Of a stretch of 64,000 nucleotides of DNA, positions 26,641 through 40,750 are shown piece by piece. The notes beneath the pieces were generated by a model. That model had not been told where the DNA came from. It worked only from the letters and a program-made list of their open reading frames with translations, and searched no databases. Position 1 is the stretch's first letter, and each line of letters begins with the position of its first letter. The DNA comes from Callorhinchus milii (lineage: Eukaryota), in assembly GCF_018977255.1 (NCBI RefSeq), contig NW_024704742.1:34226001-34290000 (forward strand), written 5' to 3'. A program made the position numbers and the translations under genes.

Positions 26641-28234
26641 CAGGCATACTCTAGAGTCTATTGCCTTCAGAAGCCAAGCTCACTGACTACGACTTCTTTG
26701 CCCCAAAACATACAGGTCAATCTCCTGCACAGGGATCATGAACAGTACAAAATAGTTTGAAAAACATACACACAGTCAAATTATCTTTATTAAACTTCCA
26801 ACTATAAATTGATCTTTAATGGCACAGTTTCAACACATGTAATCAGTGAAAATATATAAATAGAATTATTAACAAATAGATAGACCTTGCATGCATAAAT
26901 TATATACAAAGTAGTTTGAAAAGGCATTAAACATGAAATAGTATTGAAAAGATAATAGTATGACGTTGGCTACTTAAGAGTATATTGTAAATAATGCCAT
27001 TAATACTACTGTACCTATATCTGTGTCACTTACCCAACCATGTACATGTTAAATAAATACAGAGATATAATGCTTCACTGGCAAAAATCCCACATTTCCT
27101 ATAGAAAAACATACTATACAGTATTTTCTTGGCTGCAAGGACATTTCAGATTATACGGGGTAATTCTTATGAATATAATTATTTAATATAACATTATTAT
27201 GAATAAGCCAATCTGTTATCTCCAAATGTGTGATTGAGATACTGCTATTAAGGATTCCGCAATCAAACTGCATTGAATCCCCTTCCATTTTACAACAGTA
27301 AAATGATTTCAGTGAAACAGACAGAATCCACCACATCGCAGAAACGCATGTTAGTCTTGGTGCCAATGATTGCACCCATCTTGCCATTTTGTTCCTTCAG
27401 TAACTGAAGTTGCTTTCTGTAACCCGATACATTACTCAGTATGTGAACAAGCGCTGTGTAATGTTAGGGCATAATTTCCCAAGGAGCTGTTCTGATCCCC
27501 ATATAATGGACCATCCTGGCCTGTCACACAGCATTACAATAGTCGATGACATGTGGTATGGCTCTGTGGTAGGTTGAGTATTAGAATACCAATTATTGTA
27601 GTGTGTTTTTTGCCTTTGGGCCACTTTTGATGTTTAATTAGTGTTTTTTCCATTGTTTTCAGGAGACAGTCTGTAAGTTGGTACGAGCTTAAGCCTTGGC
27701 TACTTACATCAGAAAATAACCTGAGGACTGAAAGTAAGCAGCAGTATAAATCCATGTGGCACTCCATTACATACAATGCAATGTTAACACTTAACTCACT
27801 GATGATGAAATTCCCAAGCATACAGGATACCTGTAGTATAATTCTTCTGTAGCGTGTCATACCTCCTACACTGCAGCAGTACAGCAATCAACAACCCTTT
27901 CAAGTTGCTGGGATAACATTTCTGAAAGCAAAAGATGTATATTTTGTGTGTATAATGACCTTACTTGACAGCACAACATAGGGAGTAAAAATCAAGTGGA
28001 AAGATAAAGGAACAACAAATGCACTTTAATAGCCTGAAATTTCTCATAGTCTTAATCTTAAAATTGTTTTCAAATGTAAGGTCGTGCAGAATTTTGGGAT
28101 TGTTTTTCTTAAACCCTGACTTAATTTGGAAGCCAGCAGTTTTTAAAATGAACTATTGAAAGACAGCTTTCAAATTAAGATTGAATTTATTTTCCAAAAT
28201 TGTGCCTGATCTTTAATTCTAAGTCTAAACTTTG

Positions 28235-28455
28235 AGACATTTTGGGCAATCGATGCATGGCACCAGACCTCCCAGAAGATTGTGGAACTCGCTGCCTAAA
28301 GTGCTAGTTGAATCAGATAATATAGATGCATTCAAGAGGAAGCTACACTTCCACATGGGGAGAAGGGAAGGATATGGGAGGGAGTAAAGGAATGTGTGCA
28401 GTTTAAACACCAACATGGACTGGTTGGGCCAAGGGTCTATTTCCGTTTTATACAT
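28235..28455 (+). mobile_element. CR1 LINE 3' fragment
   Basis: ttgtggaactcgctgcct...gcattcaagaggaagcta...catggactggttgggcc; homologous to 13900-14100. Confidence 0.8.
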
Positions 28456-31400
28456 TGTCTGATGGTATATGAGGTTAAGGGATGAGATTTTATACTTTAT
28501 TAAATAATTTTAATTTTACTCAAATACAGTAGATCAGAGCGACCAACTTATCCAGTCAAAAAAGGACTAAGAGTATTTTAAAAATTACAACTTCAAAAGA
28601 GGCAATTTGGCCAATTAAGCCAGAGCTGGATCTTTGAATCCCTTTAACACTGTGCTGTTTGAGAATCAATTTCCTAATAATCCCCACTACAAACATTTAA
28701 CATCACCATTAAAATGCATCTGTTTTCTTCTGTCTATTTCTGTTGCCTTTTTTAAGTAGTGAGTGCTTGCCAAGAGAAGGTTGTGAACTTGATAGTGTAA
28801 TGAAGCTGGATTTATATGTGAGGTGCGTTGCGTTAATATCAGTGAAAATTATCTCATCATTACTGAATGTGATCACCAATGCCAGCCAAGTAGGTAATGA
28901 TAGTTGTCAAGGTTGGCCACGAGTGTGACTGTCCCTGACTACATTGCCATGGTTGGGACCAAAGCTGATTCTTACCTTGGCCTTGCACCTCCTACCAACC
29001 AATTGCAATATTTGATGTTTCAGTGGATATCAGTTTAAAGATTGAGCAAAGCTGGTATCCCAGGAACAAGCATTCCAATGCTGTGATCCATAGAATGTAA
29101 AAGCATTGCACGGACCAGGTTCTGGCTAGATCATTATTATGGACGTGAGGTGAGAGGGGATGGTCACACTCTGGCTTTCATTTTATTACTAATTAAACAC
29201 ATTGACAGAATCTAGCAGTGATGTGATAATTAATGCTTATTACAAGTCACGTGCCATGAATACAGAAAGAAGATTTGTGTAAAATTGCCCAGAATAAATG
29301 TTGGCTTTTCATTACTATAGTAACCAATCATTGAACTAATCAAAAATGTGAACCAAACATTTCACGTTATCTTCATGTGCATGTAACCATTTTATGTCAC
29401 TGGGATGAAACTTCTGATAGCAAAAGATTCCTGTATATTTTGTGTGTATATGACTTAACTTGACAGACTGGAGACAATTCTATTGGCCAAAAGTTGTCTT
29501 CACAAACTACAGGTCTTCAGGATGTCCTGTGCAATCGATGTTGCATGTGATGAGGTATGACTGAATGCAAAACCAAATTTACCAGTTTAAGCCACCCAGT
29601 CAGGAAGGTGTTACAGATATTGCCAACCTATCTTCCTGAAATCACCATCATGAATGGTACAAAAGCCCTGTAATTGACAAAGGAACTCATTGGATTAACA
29701 CAATGAAGAGCTGAATTCAATGAAGTTGGGTTACAGAGACAAAATAGAATCACCAGACAATAGATCGTACAACAAGGAGGAAGCCTAATGTAGTTGCTTC
29801 TACTCAGCCGCACTGAACCAGAATAAAAGAGAGTGAAAGAGAGAGAGGGGGTCTGGTGGGATGAGAGTATTGACAAATGATTATATTATGTGGCTTTTAC
29901 CTGATATTAGCAACTAACAGAATAAACCGTATTGTCATCACCAAGCGCCTGAAAAGATAATCTGAGCAATTTGGCAGAAAGTCTAATCCATCTCTTCCTT
30001 TTAATTTTTCCAACATCAGCTGTGATAAAGTTAAGTGTAGATTGCTCTTATCTCGTCATAGGTTTTGTGCTCAGTTTTCCACAGCCAGTGTAGAAACCTA
30101 AGCATGTGCTTCAATATTATTTAGAGAGAGCGGATGGTAGAGGTTTCTACCACAGAAAATAGTCATGTGGTGCAACCAGTCCTGACGTATTGTTTGGGTG
30201 GAATTCCTATTCTATAATTGGAACATTTGGGGAGTTTTGGGCTTTGTTCTGTAATCATGGTTTCTGCCATTGTATTCCTATTTAATCTACTCTCGAATGA
30301 AGCTTGTACTAACATTGTCTCTTCACATAGAAATCACAGTTTGAAGGTTCTTCAGTTCCATTAATTCATGGACAGAGTTATAATAAATAATAATACTTGC
30401 ATTTGATATAGCACCTTATCACGTCTTTGAGATGTCTCAAAGTGCTTCACAGTATATACTGTAAAGTAAATTGACTGGATATTTTGTGGCCAAACAAAAT
30501 ATACAGTTGTTCTCTCACCATGTGTAGCAGCAGTAGCACGGATGTGAACCGTGCTTATAAACTGTGATGTGGAAGAAATAGCTGATGGTAGATAATACCT
30601 TCCCAATCTCCACCTCTCCTGTTGGAAGGGTGAGAGAAAGCAGTTCTTAGTGTTAGAAAGAAAGCTGACGTGAAGAAAAAATGATGGAGTGAAGGGAGGA
30701 CATTAGAGATTGGCACATAGAGTACACAGGAGAGGAAGGAAAACATTACTTGTCTCATTGGGCAAATTCATGAATTATCCTCAGGGTGCTCAACCGAAGA
30801 CACCTCTGAGTTCAAAATTCAGTTCAAATCTCACAACTATCACTCTGCATGTTTAACGATCAATTTAACTGCTCTGCAAACACTTATATTACAACCCTCA
30901 CACTTGACTTTGCAATTTAAATTCCTAACTAACACAAATACCAAACAAATCATGAAACCATAGCAACAAAATGTTCAATATTATTCGCTTAAACTTTAAC
31001 TTAAACATAATAGAATCATTACTTTTAAAGGACAATTTTGAGAGTATTGCAATAATGGAACTCTTCTTTTATGGTTATGTTGCGTTCTCTTATACAAAGT
31101 GGAGACCATTTTAGGCTTATTGCAAATTGGCCAACTGCACTCTCCACAAGCAACATATAGACATTTAAATAACTTTTCTTTCCCACTTAGCTATAGGTGC
31201 AGTACAAAAGTAATGCTGAAATAAATATAAACTTTTAGTTCTGACATTTGCTTTATATTCACTGAAAGTATCAATAATGGGTAAGCTAACGAAGACACCA
31301 AGCTAAGTATTTATACTGCTTATATTGCTTGTATACTTTTGGTTAATATGGGATAGTCCTTTCCCTTCTGAGTTTGTCTTTTAACACGACTATATCTTGT

Positions 31401-32064
31401 TCTCAATTTCCATTTACGACCATGTCCTCAATTTCCTTTTTCTGTAATTTGTTTAATGTTAAAATTAATCCCTTCAGCCAGGGATAAGAATAGTGCCTTT
31501 GTATCCTTGGCTCATGTTTACTTAGCATCTGGTCTTGGTAGGAGCTACGGGTAATGTGTCAGCAGCTAATGATTTGCTGAGAAAAATTATTACTGCGTGT
31601 GTACATCCCTTTCAAAATTGTTTGGGCACCCATTTATCTGTAAGGAAGCAAGCAGAGTTTTTAATATATCTTCTCTTTGATTTTTCAGTGAACAGCTGTA
31701 ACAAACATATTCAATGGTACAGGGCAGTTTACATTAAAAGGTGCTTTGAGATGTAGCACATAAATTGATCTGTGCTGGTTGGTTTAAAGTATGCTGATAC
31801 TTCAACTGAAACATCTGGCATTCTCTTTTGTCAGTGCATCAAGGGAAGGGAGGTACCGGATCAGTCTTCCTCGTTTGCAAGTTCAGCCATGTGTCCAATA
31901 TTATTAATTGCCCTCTGGAAATGTTCTAAAACATCATACTGAAAGTAGAATTTTTCCAGCATTTTGAGTCTATGGCAATGGATGTTTTGATGACCCCCAT
32001 ATCCAAGAAGATTGGTGAGATGGTTGCTCTACAGAATAAATGTTAAACAGAGTAAATAGAAAAA

Positions 32065-32325
32065 AATAGCTGATCTCAGCAAGTGCAGCAGCACAGGATA
32101 GGGAGAGGAAATTCACCACTTTGGATTTCCACTTCTGATCTCTGATGCATAATGTATGTTTGCGTGTCTATGGCATGTGTATGAAGCGAGGGGAGCTTGT
32201 GGGTGTGCATGTCATTTGAGAACTTCAGGATTGAAAGTGATTCTCCTGCTCCCCATAGTCGAATATCCTGATAACATTCATAGTCTGCACTCACACATGA
32301 AGAACGTCCACTTGGTAAGGTACTT
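32065..32325 (+). mobile_element. AmnSINE2(UCON3)-like ancient SINE
   Basis: tagctgatctcagc...atagtcgaatatcctg...ctcacacatgaagaacgtccacttgg...aggtact resembles the recalled consensus. Confidence 0.5.
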
Positions 32326-32679
32326 TAGGATATGCTTTGAACCAAACTCAAGGAACAAAAATTAGAGGAAATGTTTGCTTCATTCCCCAGAAAATAACAA
32401 CAGAACTGATCTATAATATTAAGTGAAAAAGGAACGTATTTTAGTTGTTTGTCTTTTATTTCCATTCTTGAGGCCAATCGTGTCTCTGCCAATTCCTGCA
32501 CCACAGAAAATGCTATGGAAATGTTGCATTTTGGTTCCAGCTAAATCATTAAAACATATAATGTTAATACAGTAGAAAGATGAACGTGCACAGGGGCTGC
32601 GAATACCTGTAAAAGAATACTATTGTGTGTAAGTTACTAGGGGCAAATTTCAGTCACACTGCAAAAGTAAATCATGGGC

Positions 32680-33045
32680 CTGGTAACCTTGCTTGGACCT
32701 CCCTACCAACCTGCCCGCTCCCTCTGTTCATCAGGCTCCGGCCTGCTCCATGTCTCCCGCCCGACCCGCCCTACCATCGGTGGCCGGGCTTTCAGGCTCT
32801 CTGCCCCCACACTCTGGAACTCCATCCCCCGGTCTCTTCACCTCACTTCCTCCCTCGCATCCTTCAAGGTCGGTCTCAAGACCCTTCTCTTCGACCGTGC
32901 CTTTGGTCTCCCTCCCACCTCTCTGCCTTCCCTCACCCCTACACCACCACCCCCCATGCTCGGGCCCCGACACCTGACTGTTCAGTGCTTTGGGACATCC
33001 TCCCGACGTGAAAGGTGCTCTATAAATGTAATTTTGTTGTTGTTG
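32680..33045 (+). mobile_element. L2 LINE 3' fragment
   Basis: IGGRAFRLSAPTLWNSIP...FKVGLKTLLFDRAF; tail gggacatcctcccgacgtgaaagg and (TTG)n. Confidence 0.92.
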
Positions 33046-33562
33046 TACTGTACTTTGATTTTGTTTTGCCAGTAGCATTTAACTAAGTGTTTATACTTTT
33101 GCCCAGTGAAGGGTTAGAGTCTTAGAAAGAGCTAGAGAAAGTCATAAAAAGAGAAAATGATAGACAGAGAGAACAAGAGAGACTCAGAGGAGAAACTAAG
33201 AGAGAGACAGAGAGGAAGGCAAAATAGGATGAAGTTAGAGAGAGAGAGGCAAATAGAAAGTGGAATTAATACGGTAGCCAATTTGTTGGGAAACAATTCT
33301 CACTCCTTTTGAGAAAAGGAAATATGTTGTTTCTCCAGTATGGTAAGTGGATCTGCCAACTGTAACAATCAAAGCTGCTTGAGAGAAATCGGGATTACTG
33401 GTGCCCTCTCACCCTTTATCTTCTGGAGAACAGTTCCATCAAAGGGGATTAAAATGGTGTATACAACAAAGCGATTGCCAAATGATTGGTAAATCGTTCT
33501 GAAGAGATAAGCTTCAAGGACCTGGAGTGGAAGCACATTAGCCTTACATTTTTCTCTGGGTG

Positions 33563-34203
33563 TAATTATCCTTTTATTGGATATAGCACTTTAGTCTGTT
33601 ATCAAGACATCTCAAAATGCTTAACAGCATATACAGTAAAGTGGAATGACGGTATTTTTCTGGATGGACACAGCAGCCAATTTGTGCACAACCATGTCCC
33701 ACAAGCAGCAATTAAGTGAATGACCAATTTTATTTTGTGACTGGTTGTCCAGTTTGCTGAGAGAAGTTCCTTTCTTTTGGCGAGTAATGCCATGGGATGT
33801 TTATAACAACAATAACTTGCATTTGTATAGCACCCTTAGAACATAAGAACATAAGAATTAGGAGCAGGAGTAGGCCATTCAGCCCCTCTAGCCTGCCCCT
33901 CCATTCAATAAGATCATGGCTGATCTATTCTAACTCCACCTACCAGCCTTATCCCCATATCCCTTAATCCCTTTATCCATAAGAAATCTTCACGTGGGGT
34001 AGCGTCCTGGAGCACTTTACCATCCACCTGAACAGGCAGATGAGACCTCAGTTAAACATCTCATCTCATCCAACAATCCAGCACATCCCAGCACTGCATT
34101 GGCATGTCAACCTAGACTATATGAGTTCAAAGTCCTAACATGTAGCTTGAACCCACAACTTCTGACTCAGAGGCAAGAGTACTACCGACTGAGCGAGGCT
34201 GAC
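33563..34203 (-). mobile_element. Deu-SINE containing a nested L2 tail (33805-34020) that itself contains a CR1 tail
   Basis: gccatgggatgtttat | L2 tail | catccacctgaacaggcaga; head cttctgactcagaggcaagag...actgagcgaggctgac. Confidence 0.8.
33838..33987 (-). mobile_element. Young CR1 3' end
   Basis: agaacataagaacataagaattaggagcaggagtaggccattcagccc...; ctt on both sides. Confidence 0.85.
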
Positions 34204-34241
34204 AAATGACGTAACATTCCTTGCATTTAACATAACCCTAT

Positions 34242-34473
34242 TCTATTCCTGCTCTGTGGAACTCCATCCTTTTGATTTAGCCTCTCCCTCCCCACCTTTA
34301 TAGCTTGCCTCAAAACCTAATTTCAGCCACATTTTTGGTCAGGTTTCTTTCATTCCCCTCTTCAATTCCTCCTTCCTAAACAGCATGAGTGTGCTGTCAG
34401 CTGTGTAAAACACTTTTGAGACGTCCTCCTGATGTGACAAGCGCTATATGAATAGAAATTGTTGTTGTTGTTG
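34242..34473 (+). mobile_element. L2 3' fragment inserted in the tail of a - strand Deu-SINE (about 34212-34870)
   Basis: ctgtggaactccatcc...gagacgtcctcctgatgtg...(TTG)n; host resumes atgtcattgaaatgtctc. Confidence 0.75.
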
Positions 34474-36804
34474 CTTATGTCATTGAAATGTCTCCAAAAA
34501 CTTCACAGGGAATTGTTGTCAAGGGTATGTAGGCAAACATGATAGACAATGTGCATACAGCAATGGCCTCAGGCCATGAAGTGAATGATCATTTTTTTAT
34601 CTAGAAGACTCTTAAGCAATCCGAGATGCTACGTGAGTGAAGTGCGCTATATAAATGTCAGTTGTTGTTGTTGATGTTGTTGACCAGGGCACAGGGAGAA
34701 TTTCCCTTCTCTTTTGTATTTGTGTCATAGGATATTTAACTTGCATCCCAATAGGCAGAAGGAACTTCTTGTCTGAAGGACGGCATCATCAACAATGCAG
34801 TGCTCTTCCAGCACTGCAGCTGAGGAGCCACCTGGGTTGTGAGCTCAGCAGAATAGTTCATATGGAAGAAAAGGAGATCAATTTCATAGTAAAAAATGAC
34901 ATGTAGCAGGTGAACTTTTGAACTTTTGGCCTTAATAAAAGAACTATTTGATACCAATGTTTTAAAAGACTTCTTGTGTAGTTTACTTTAAAAATTCTCT
35001 CTTTTATTTCACTTCAGTCACAAATCCCAGAGAACTGTTTCCCCAAATGAGAAGCAATATGAAATGGTCTAAAATCTAACAATATTTTTTAAACCATTAA
35101 CTAATTAATACATCAAATAAAGACAATGATAGGCCATTATTACTGATTTATGAACAGTAATTTGTAACATTTTAAAATTTATTTTTAAATTTATTTTAAT
35201 TGATTTAAATTAATTTAATTAATTTGTAACAGCACTGTTATAACGTAGGAAACAACTTTACAAAATCCTTTCAACTGGAAAATAGGACATTCTTCTAATT
35301 TCTACCAAGTTCCAAATACAAAGATGATAATAATAAAATAATAATGAATCTGTGCATTTGAATCAGCACCTTAGCGCATCGTTGAAATATCTCAAAGTGC
35401 TTATTGTGTGCAAAGGCTGCCACGGTCATCCCCAATTACAGTCACTATACTTTACAGTAAGTCCTGCAACTTTATGGTCCACAGGACTTACTGTAAAGTG
35501 TAATGACTATGTATTTGTAGGCAAAGGCAGCAGCCAATTGACACACATTAATGTGACACAAATATCCATTAAGTGAATGATCAGTTTTATATGAAAGCCT
35601 GTTGGCCAGCACCCTTTAAGAAACTCCCTCCACTTTAAAAAAAATGTGTAATAATGTCAACATAGGAAAATACTAAATGATTTTTCTCCAGTTCAATTCA
35701 TATTCACTTAATTCATGTGATGAAAGCATATCCTTATATCCCACTGATCTTATGACAACAGCACATGTGCAACTTTATTGCTCGTTATTCAGCCTCTGTC
35801 ATGAACCACAACAACAAATTACATTTGTATGAACACATACCTACTAAAAGGATTGATAACTCTTGCCTCTATCAAAAGGATTGAGTTAACCAATATGTTA
35901 TTGACTTTGTTATGCCAGTAGTAGAACTAACATCATCTTGTTCAGTCCAGATTCATGCTGGGCACCACACAGACTATGCAATTTTCATCAAACAGTTTGA
36001 AATCTATGTTAACACTATAATGAAATAGATACTGCACGTACTTACACTTTATTAGACTCCATTGACTATAATATACATTGAAATTAAGAATTTGGAGCAG
36101 TGTTTTGTGTGATTACTGCTATAACATGCTTATGAAATGGAGAAAGATGTTTTTGTTACACACAAGAAGACATAAATCCCTTCTGAAACCCCCTTCAGTA
36201 TTCCTTACTGATATTGCTTGAACTTAATAACTAACAAGAATATGAAAAAATGCTGCCAAAACCCCACATGTAATAAAATTTGAACAGTTCTACACACATT
36301 ATGAAAGTTTTAGACTTTTTTTAATATAAAGACAAAAAAACATAATTATCTAGTCATGATGCAAGTACATTTTATATGTTTTTTCATAGGTTTTAATAAT
36401 TTGATAGACACTGTCAATGAAATGAATTTAGTACAATCAGAGGGTTTAGTCGTTCACATTCCAATTTCTAAAAGTATTTGTGATTTAGAGTGAGCTGGAG
36501 AAAGTGAAACTCACCTTACTCTTTAACGGAATCATAAAGCAATTATTAAAAGCTTCTAGATCCTAGAACTGTAACCAAACCCTGAGACCAAGGACACTTA
36601 GTTGACCTTTTCTGGTCTTAAACTTAGCCTAGAAAAGAGAACAAAAAATAAGCAACTAAATACCTTGTCTACATCATGCTGCTGGAGAGTTACCTGCAAA
36701 CATCCAATCTGTTAGATTGCCATTGAAAGAAAAGATATGCAGGTTGGCTTAAAATAAATTGTGATGGACATCCTGTGTAACAACATTCTGGAATGAAGGG
36801 AGAT

Positions 36805-37375
36805 TAAGATCACAAAATCACAATATTGATTTGGATGAAATACGTCCTCTGGCCCATCTGATCTCATCCCTCCAGAATACTCATCCTCCCAACACAGCAT
36901 TAAGCTGCTTTTTAAATGAGTCCAGTGTCTTGGTCTCAAACACCTTTCCTGGCAACCTGTTACAATTGTTAATTACCCTCTTGGTAAAGAAAAACATTTA
37001 CTGGTTATCTGTGTTGAAATTGCCCTTTATAGCTCTAAACTTATGTCCTCTTGTTATACTGTTTGGTGCATCCTAAAGTAATGATCTAGGTTTTTACTTC
37101 TTCAGTACCATTTAACATTTTACAGATTTTTATGAGGTCCCCAGAATTGTCTTTTCTTAAAACTGAAGAGCCCTTGCTTTCTAATTGTTCATCATAGCTC
37201 ATTCCTCTAACACTGGGATCATCTCTTCTGCACTGTCTCCTTATGTTGTACTGTGTGCAATGTACTCTAGGTGTGGTCTGACCAGAGCACTGTACAGCCT
37301 GGGTATGAAGTCTGGGGATATAAGCTAAACTGATTTAGGAATAAAGCCTTCCACCCTGTTTGCCTTGTTTATTGG
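36805..37375 (-). mobile_element. Old CR1 fragment
   Basis: aattaccctcttggtaaag...aaacttatgtcctcttgtt...tactctaggtgtggtctgaccagagcactgtacag. Confidence 0.75.
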
Positions 37376-37379
37376 TAAT

Positions 37380-37940
37380 AAGAAAGATTTTCAAAGGTTG
37401 TAGGGAGCAAGAAGAGAGTAGACATTAGGTTGAATACTGGGCTGTACAGAAAGGCAAAAAAGAGATAAGGGAAGCGGAGAGAGAACTGGAAAGATACATC
37501 ACAGAAAATGCAAACCATAAGGTAGATAGCCAAGGACCGGGACATTACAGATGATGTTTCTCAATGTTAAAGGAATAGCATATGAGCAAAGATTAGATAA
37601 GCTAAGGTTCCTTAGGCTTGAGAAAGCCTATTGTGGACCACTCCATTTTAGGAAAGATGTCAAGGCAATAGAGGGGTGCAGAGGAGATTTATTAAGATGA
37701 TACCGGGAATGAATAGTGTGGTCATTATATAATTATATTATTGGTAGCAGACACTAGAGGAACTACCAGCGAGCAGAACGCAAGGATTGGGCATCAAATC
37801 AACGAGCCAGCGAGTTTGAGCAGGACCAGCGTGGGTGTGAAGACCGGTGGATGAGTGTGATTGTGGAAAAGGCAGCTAAGATAAAATCACATGGTTAGAA
37901 AGGCCTTTCTGATTCGAACCTCTCTTGTGATCTTGTGCTT
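37380..37940 (+). mobile_element. Rearranged CR1 fragments
   Basis: tggaccactccattttaggaaagatgtcaaggc...gtgcagaggagatttattaagatgataccggga; tail gaaaggcctttctg...ctcttgtgatcttgtg. Confidence 0.6.
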
Positions 37941-40379
37941 CAATTTTTGCAAGATAATATACAAAATATACAAACAGAGTTGTTGCAATGGTTCCACTTT
38001 TCTAATACTGGCTAATTTGCTGCAAATTTAAAATATGTGGTTCTAAACCTAGATTTAAGAATCATGTAACCAGTGAGGTTCAGGTTTGGAGGAGAATTTC
38101 AGTTCACTTTGCAGAAATCTGAGCTAGCTTTAAAACATTCCATAATTCAAAATGAAAAAAGAAACCTGAAATTCTGTATTAAACCTGCTGACACACTCTT
38201 ATCGTTGTCAATCAGGTTAAAGAAGGCACTTTCAGACATATAAAGAAAGGTGGAGTTGCAAGCTGTGTGGAAAGTTGAACTGCAAACCCAATGTCACAAA
38301 GATTGTTTGCAGAATAAATGTTTGGAAACTGGGAGCTTTGATACTTAAGCAAACTCAATCTCTCTGTTCTTCAGCTTGTCCACCTCACCTTTCTTTGACC
38401 ATTGCTGTGGACTTAATGTTATCGTTCCTAACAGCCACACTCTGGTATATAATACAAAGCTAGTATACCCCGAGGTCAAAGTCTCAGTGTTGTAAATGTA
38501 GTCCTTGTACTTAAAAGTACACCTGCAGTTAGCACAGGATGGTAAACAATTGTGGGATTTGAACTGCAGAAATTTCAAACAAGGTTCCTTAATTAAGTAA
38601 GCCAGACGTGCATCATGCCGACTTGTGGGAAATCTATTCTGAAAGTAATTTGTATTGGAGAGGGTTCGCATGAGTCGGATTGACAGGCAGTTACAACATC
38701 AACAACAACCAGGATAATGTCTCAGATCACTGTACAGCAGTTGGGTTGGATGCCAAGCGAGGGAGATGGGAAAGAGAAAAGTGACCATAGGCGCAGTCAA
38801 AGAGCTAGGTTTTCAGGTGGGATTTAAAGGTAGATAAAGAGGAATTGAGGAAAAAGCACTGAGGCAGGGAGTTTCCACTTGAATTCTTTAGTCAAGCTGG
38901 AAATTAGCATGTTTTAAACTGGTATATATTCAGTAAATTGTGCATTTATAAAACTTTTATTCACTGCTTTTTCTCCTCTAAACCTCCTTTCCTGAAGGTA
39001 TTTAACTCCTTTTCCCTTCCAGTAGGCCATTGAGGATGCCATGGGAAATTAATTTAATTTGTTCAATTCAGTTAAAGTTTCTGTTTCAAAAAGATGCTTA
39101 TTTAAGTGCTTTATCCCCCTTTGATAAAGTTCTCTCCTCCCCTCCTGACTTGAGATGTTTGACTGTATTTTCTTTTTCCTGGTGTGCAATGCACATGCAG
39201 CATTGCAGCCTCTGGGACCTCTCTCAAGAAGTCATTTTTCATGTGTGATTCGGTTAGTGTTGGCAGCTGTGGAGGGCATCCGGAATGAAGTCCATTCCTG
39301 CCCTTACCAAATACTCACACACTTGGCTCTCCAGCAGGAGTCTATTACTTAGGGATACAGTGCTTTGCGCAATTGGCTGCCACATTTTGCCCACAAAATA
39401 CACAGTTACTACACTTTACAGTATATTTTGTGAAGCGCTTTGAGACGTTTTGAATACGTGATCAGGTGCTGTATTCAATGCAAGGATTATTATTATAATA
39501 TTATTATTTCAGAGAGCATCAATTTCATTGAAAGTCCTTGGCAAACGTTTTTTTTGTAGAGCATGAAAACTGAACAGAGCGAGGAGTCAGTCCCATGTAA
39601 ACAATGCCATAATGACTTTCAGTGCACTTTATGTGACTGCATAGTAAGTTTGCAAAAAAGATTTTCCAACACTTTATTTTATGAAAGCAACTTGCATTTA
39701 AGTGAAATATGTTTGTTAAACTTGTAACCTTTTTGCACCAAATCTAGAACTCTTCTGTTTCTGCATTAGGTTAATCCACACACTTTGGGGGTGGGTGGAT
39801 GGCTGAACTGTTTTTAAATGTTGGTCCAAATTGCGTAGGAAGCTACACACCAGCAGAATAACATAACATAAGAACATAAGAACATAAGAAATGCTCGACA
39901 AAAAAAGACCAAGGTCCATTTAGTTCACCTTCCACCTTCCTGGCAGTTGCAAGCACATATGTGCCAAGCCACCGATGTACTATATCCCGTACATAAAAAA
40001 ATGTATATTCAATTCATATAACAATGTTTCATTGAAACAACATTTTCAAGTAGAATAACGTCTCAGAACGCTTTACAAAGATGAGGTCAGAGGCTGAGCA
40101 AGAGAGTGAATAGAGGGGGAGGGGAGAAAGGAGGAGGTGACCATAAACATGGTTGAAGAGGAAAGTTTTAAGGTGGAAACAAGTAGAGAGAGGATAAGAT
40201 AGAGGGGTAGAGGGAGGGAGTTCCTAAAAACCTTATGTCTTCAACTTTATCTTCAATCAACATCTGTCGAGTCTCTTATTTCTCTGCACGGTGCTCACCA
40301 TTACCTTTGTCAGCTACTTTGGAATGTTCTTTTAAGTGGAAGGCGTTTTATGAATACAAGCTGTTGAGATAAACGATGA

Positions 40380-40750
40380 ATTAAGCACTGCTCCAAAGCT
40401 TTAATTCCAATATTGTACTGTAGCATTGTTTTGGTGAATGTGAATCAGAGACCAATATTGACAGAGAACTCCCTGTTCTTATTCAAAATAGTGACAGGGG
40501 ATCTTTCAATACCTAGGAGAGTTCAGTTTTAACACCTCATCCAAAGGAAAGCACTATAACATTGTTCCCTTTGTACCGCACTGGAGGAGCAGCATAGATT
40601 TTGTCCTCAAATTCTAATCTGATGCTTTTTCAGTGCCATGGGACGCCCTCCCGATGTGAAAGCCGCTATATAAATGCAATGTTGTTGTTGTTGAACTAGT
40701 GGCCTTCTGACCTAGATGTGAGAGTGCTGCCAACTCAGACAAACTAACAG
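40380..40750 (-). mobile_element. Old Deu-SINE with a + strand L2 tail inserted (about 40626-40693)
   Basis: gagaactccctgttcttattc...ggggatcttt...ctcatccaaagga; insert gggacgccctcccgatgtgaaag...(TTG)n. Confidence 0.7.
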
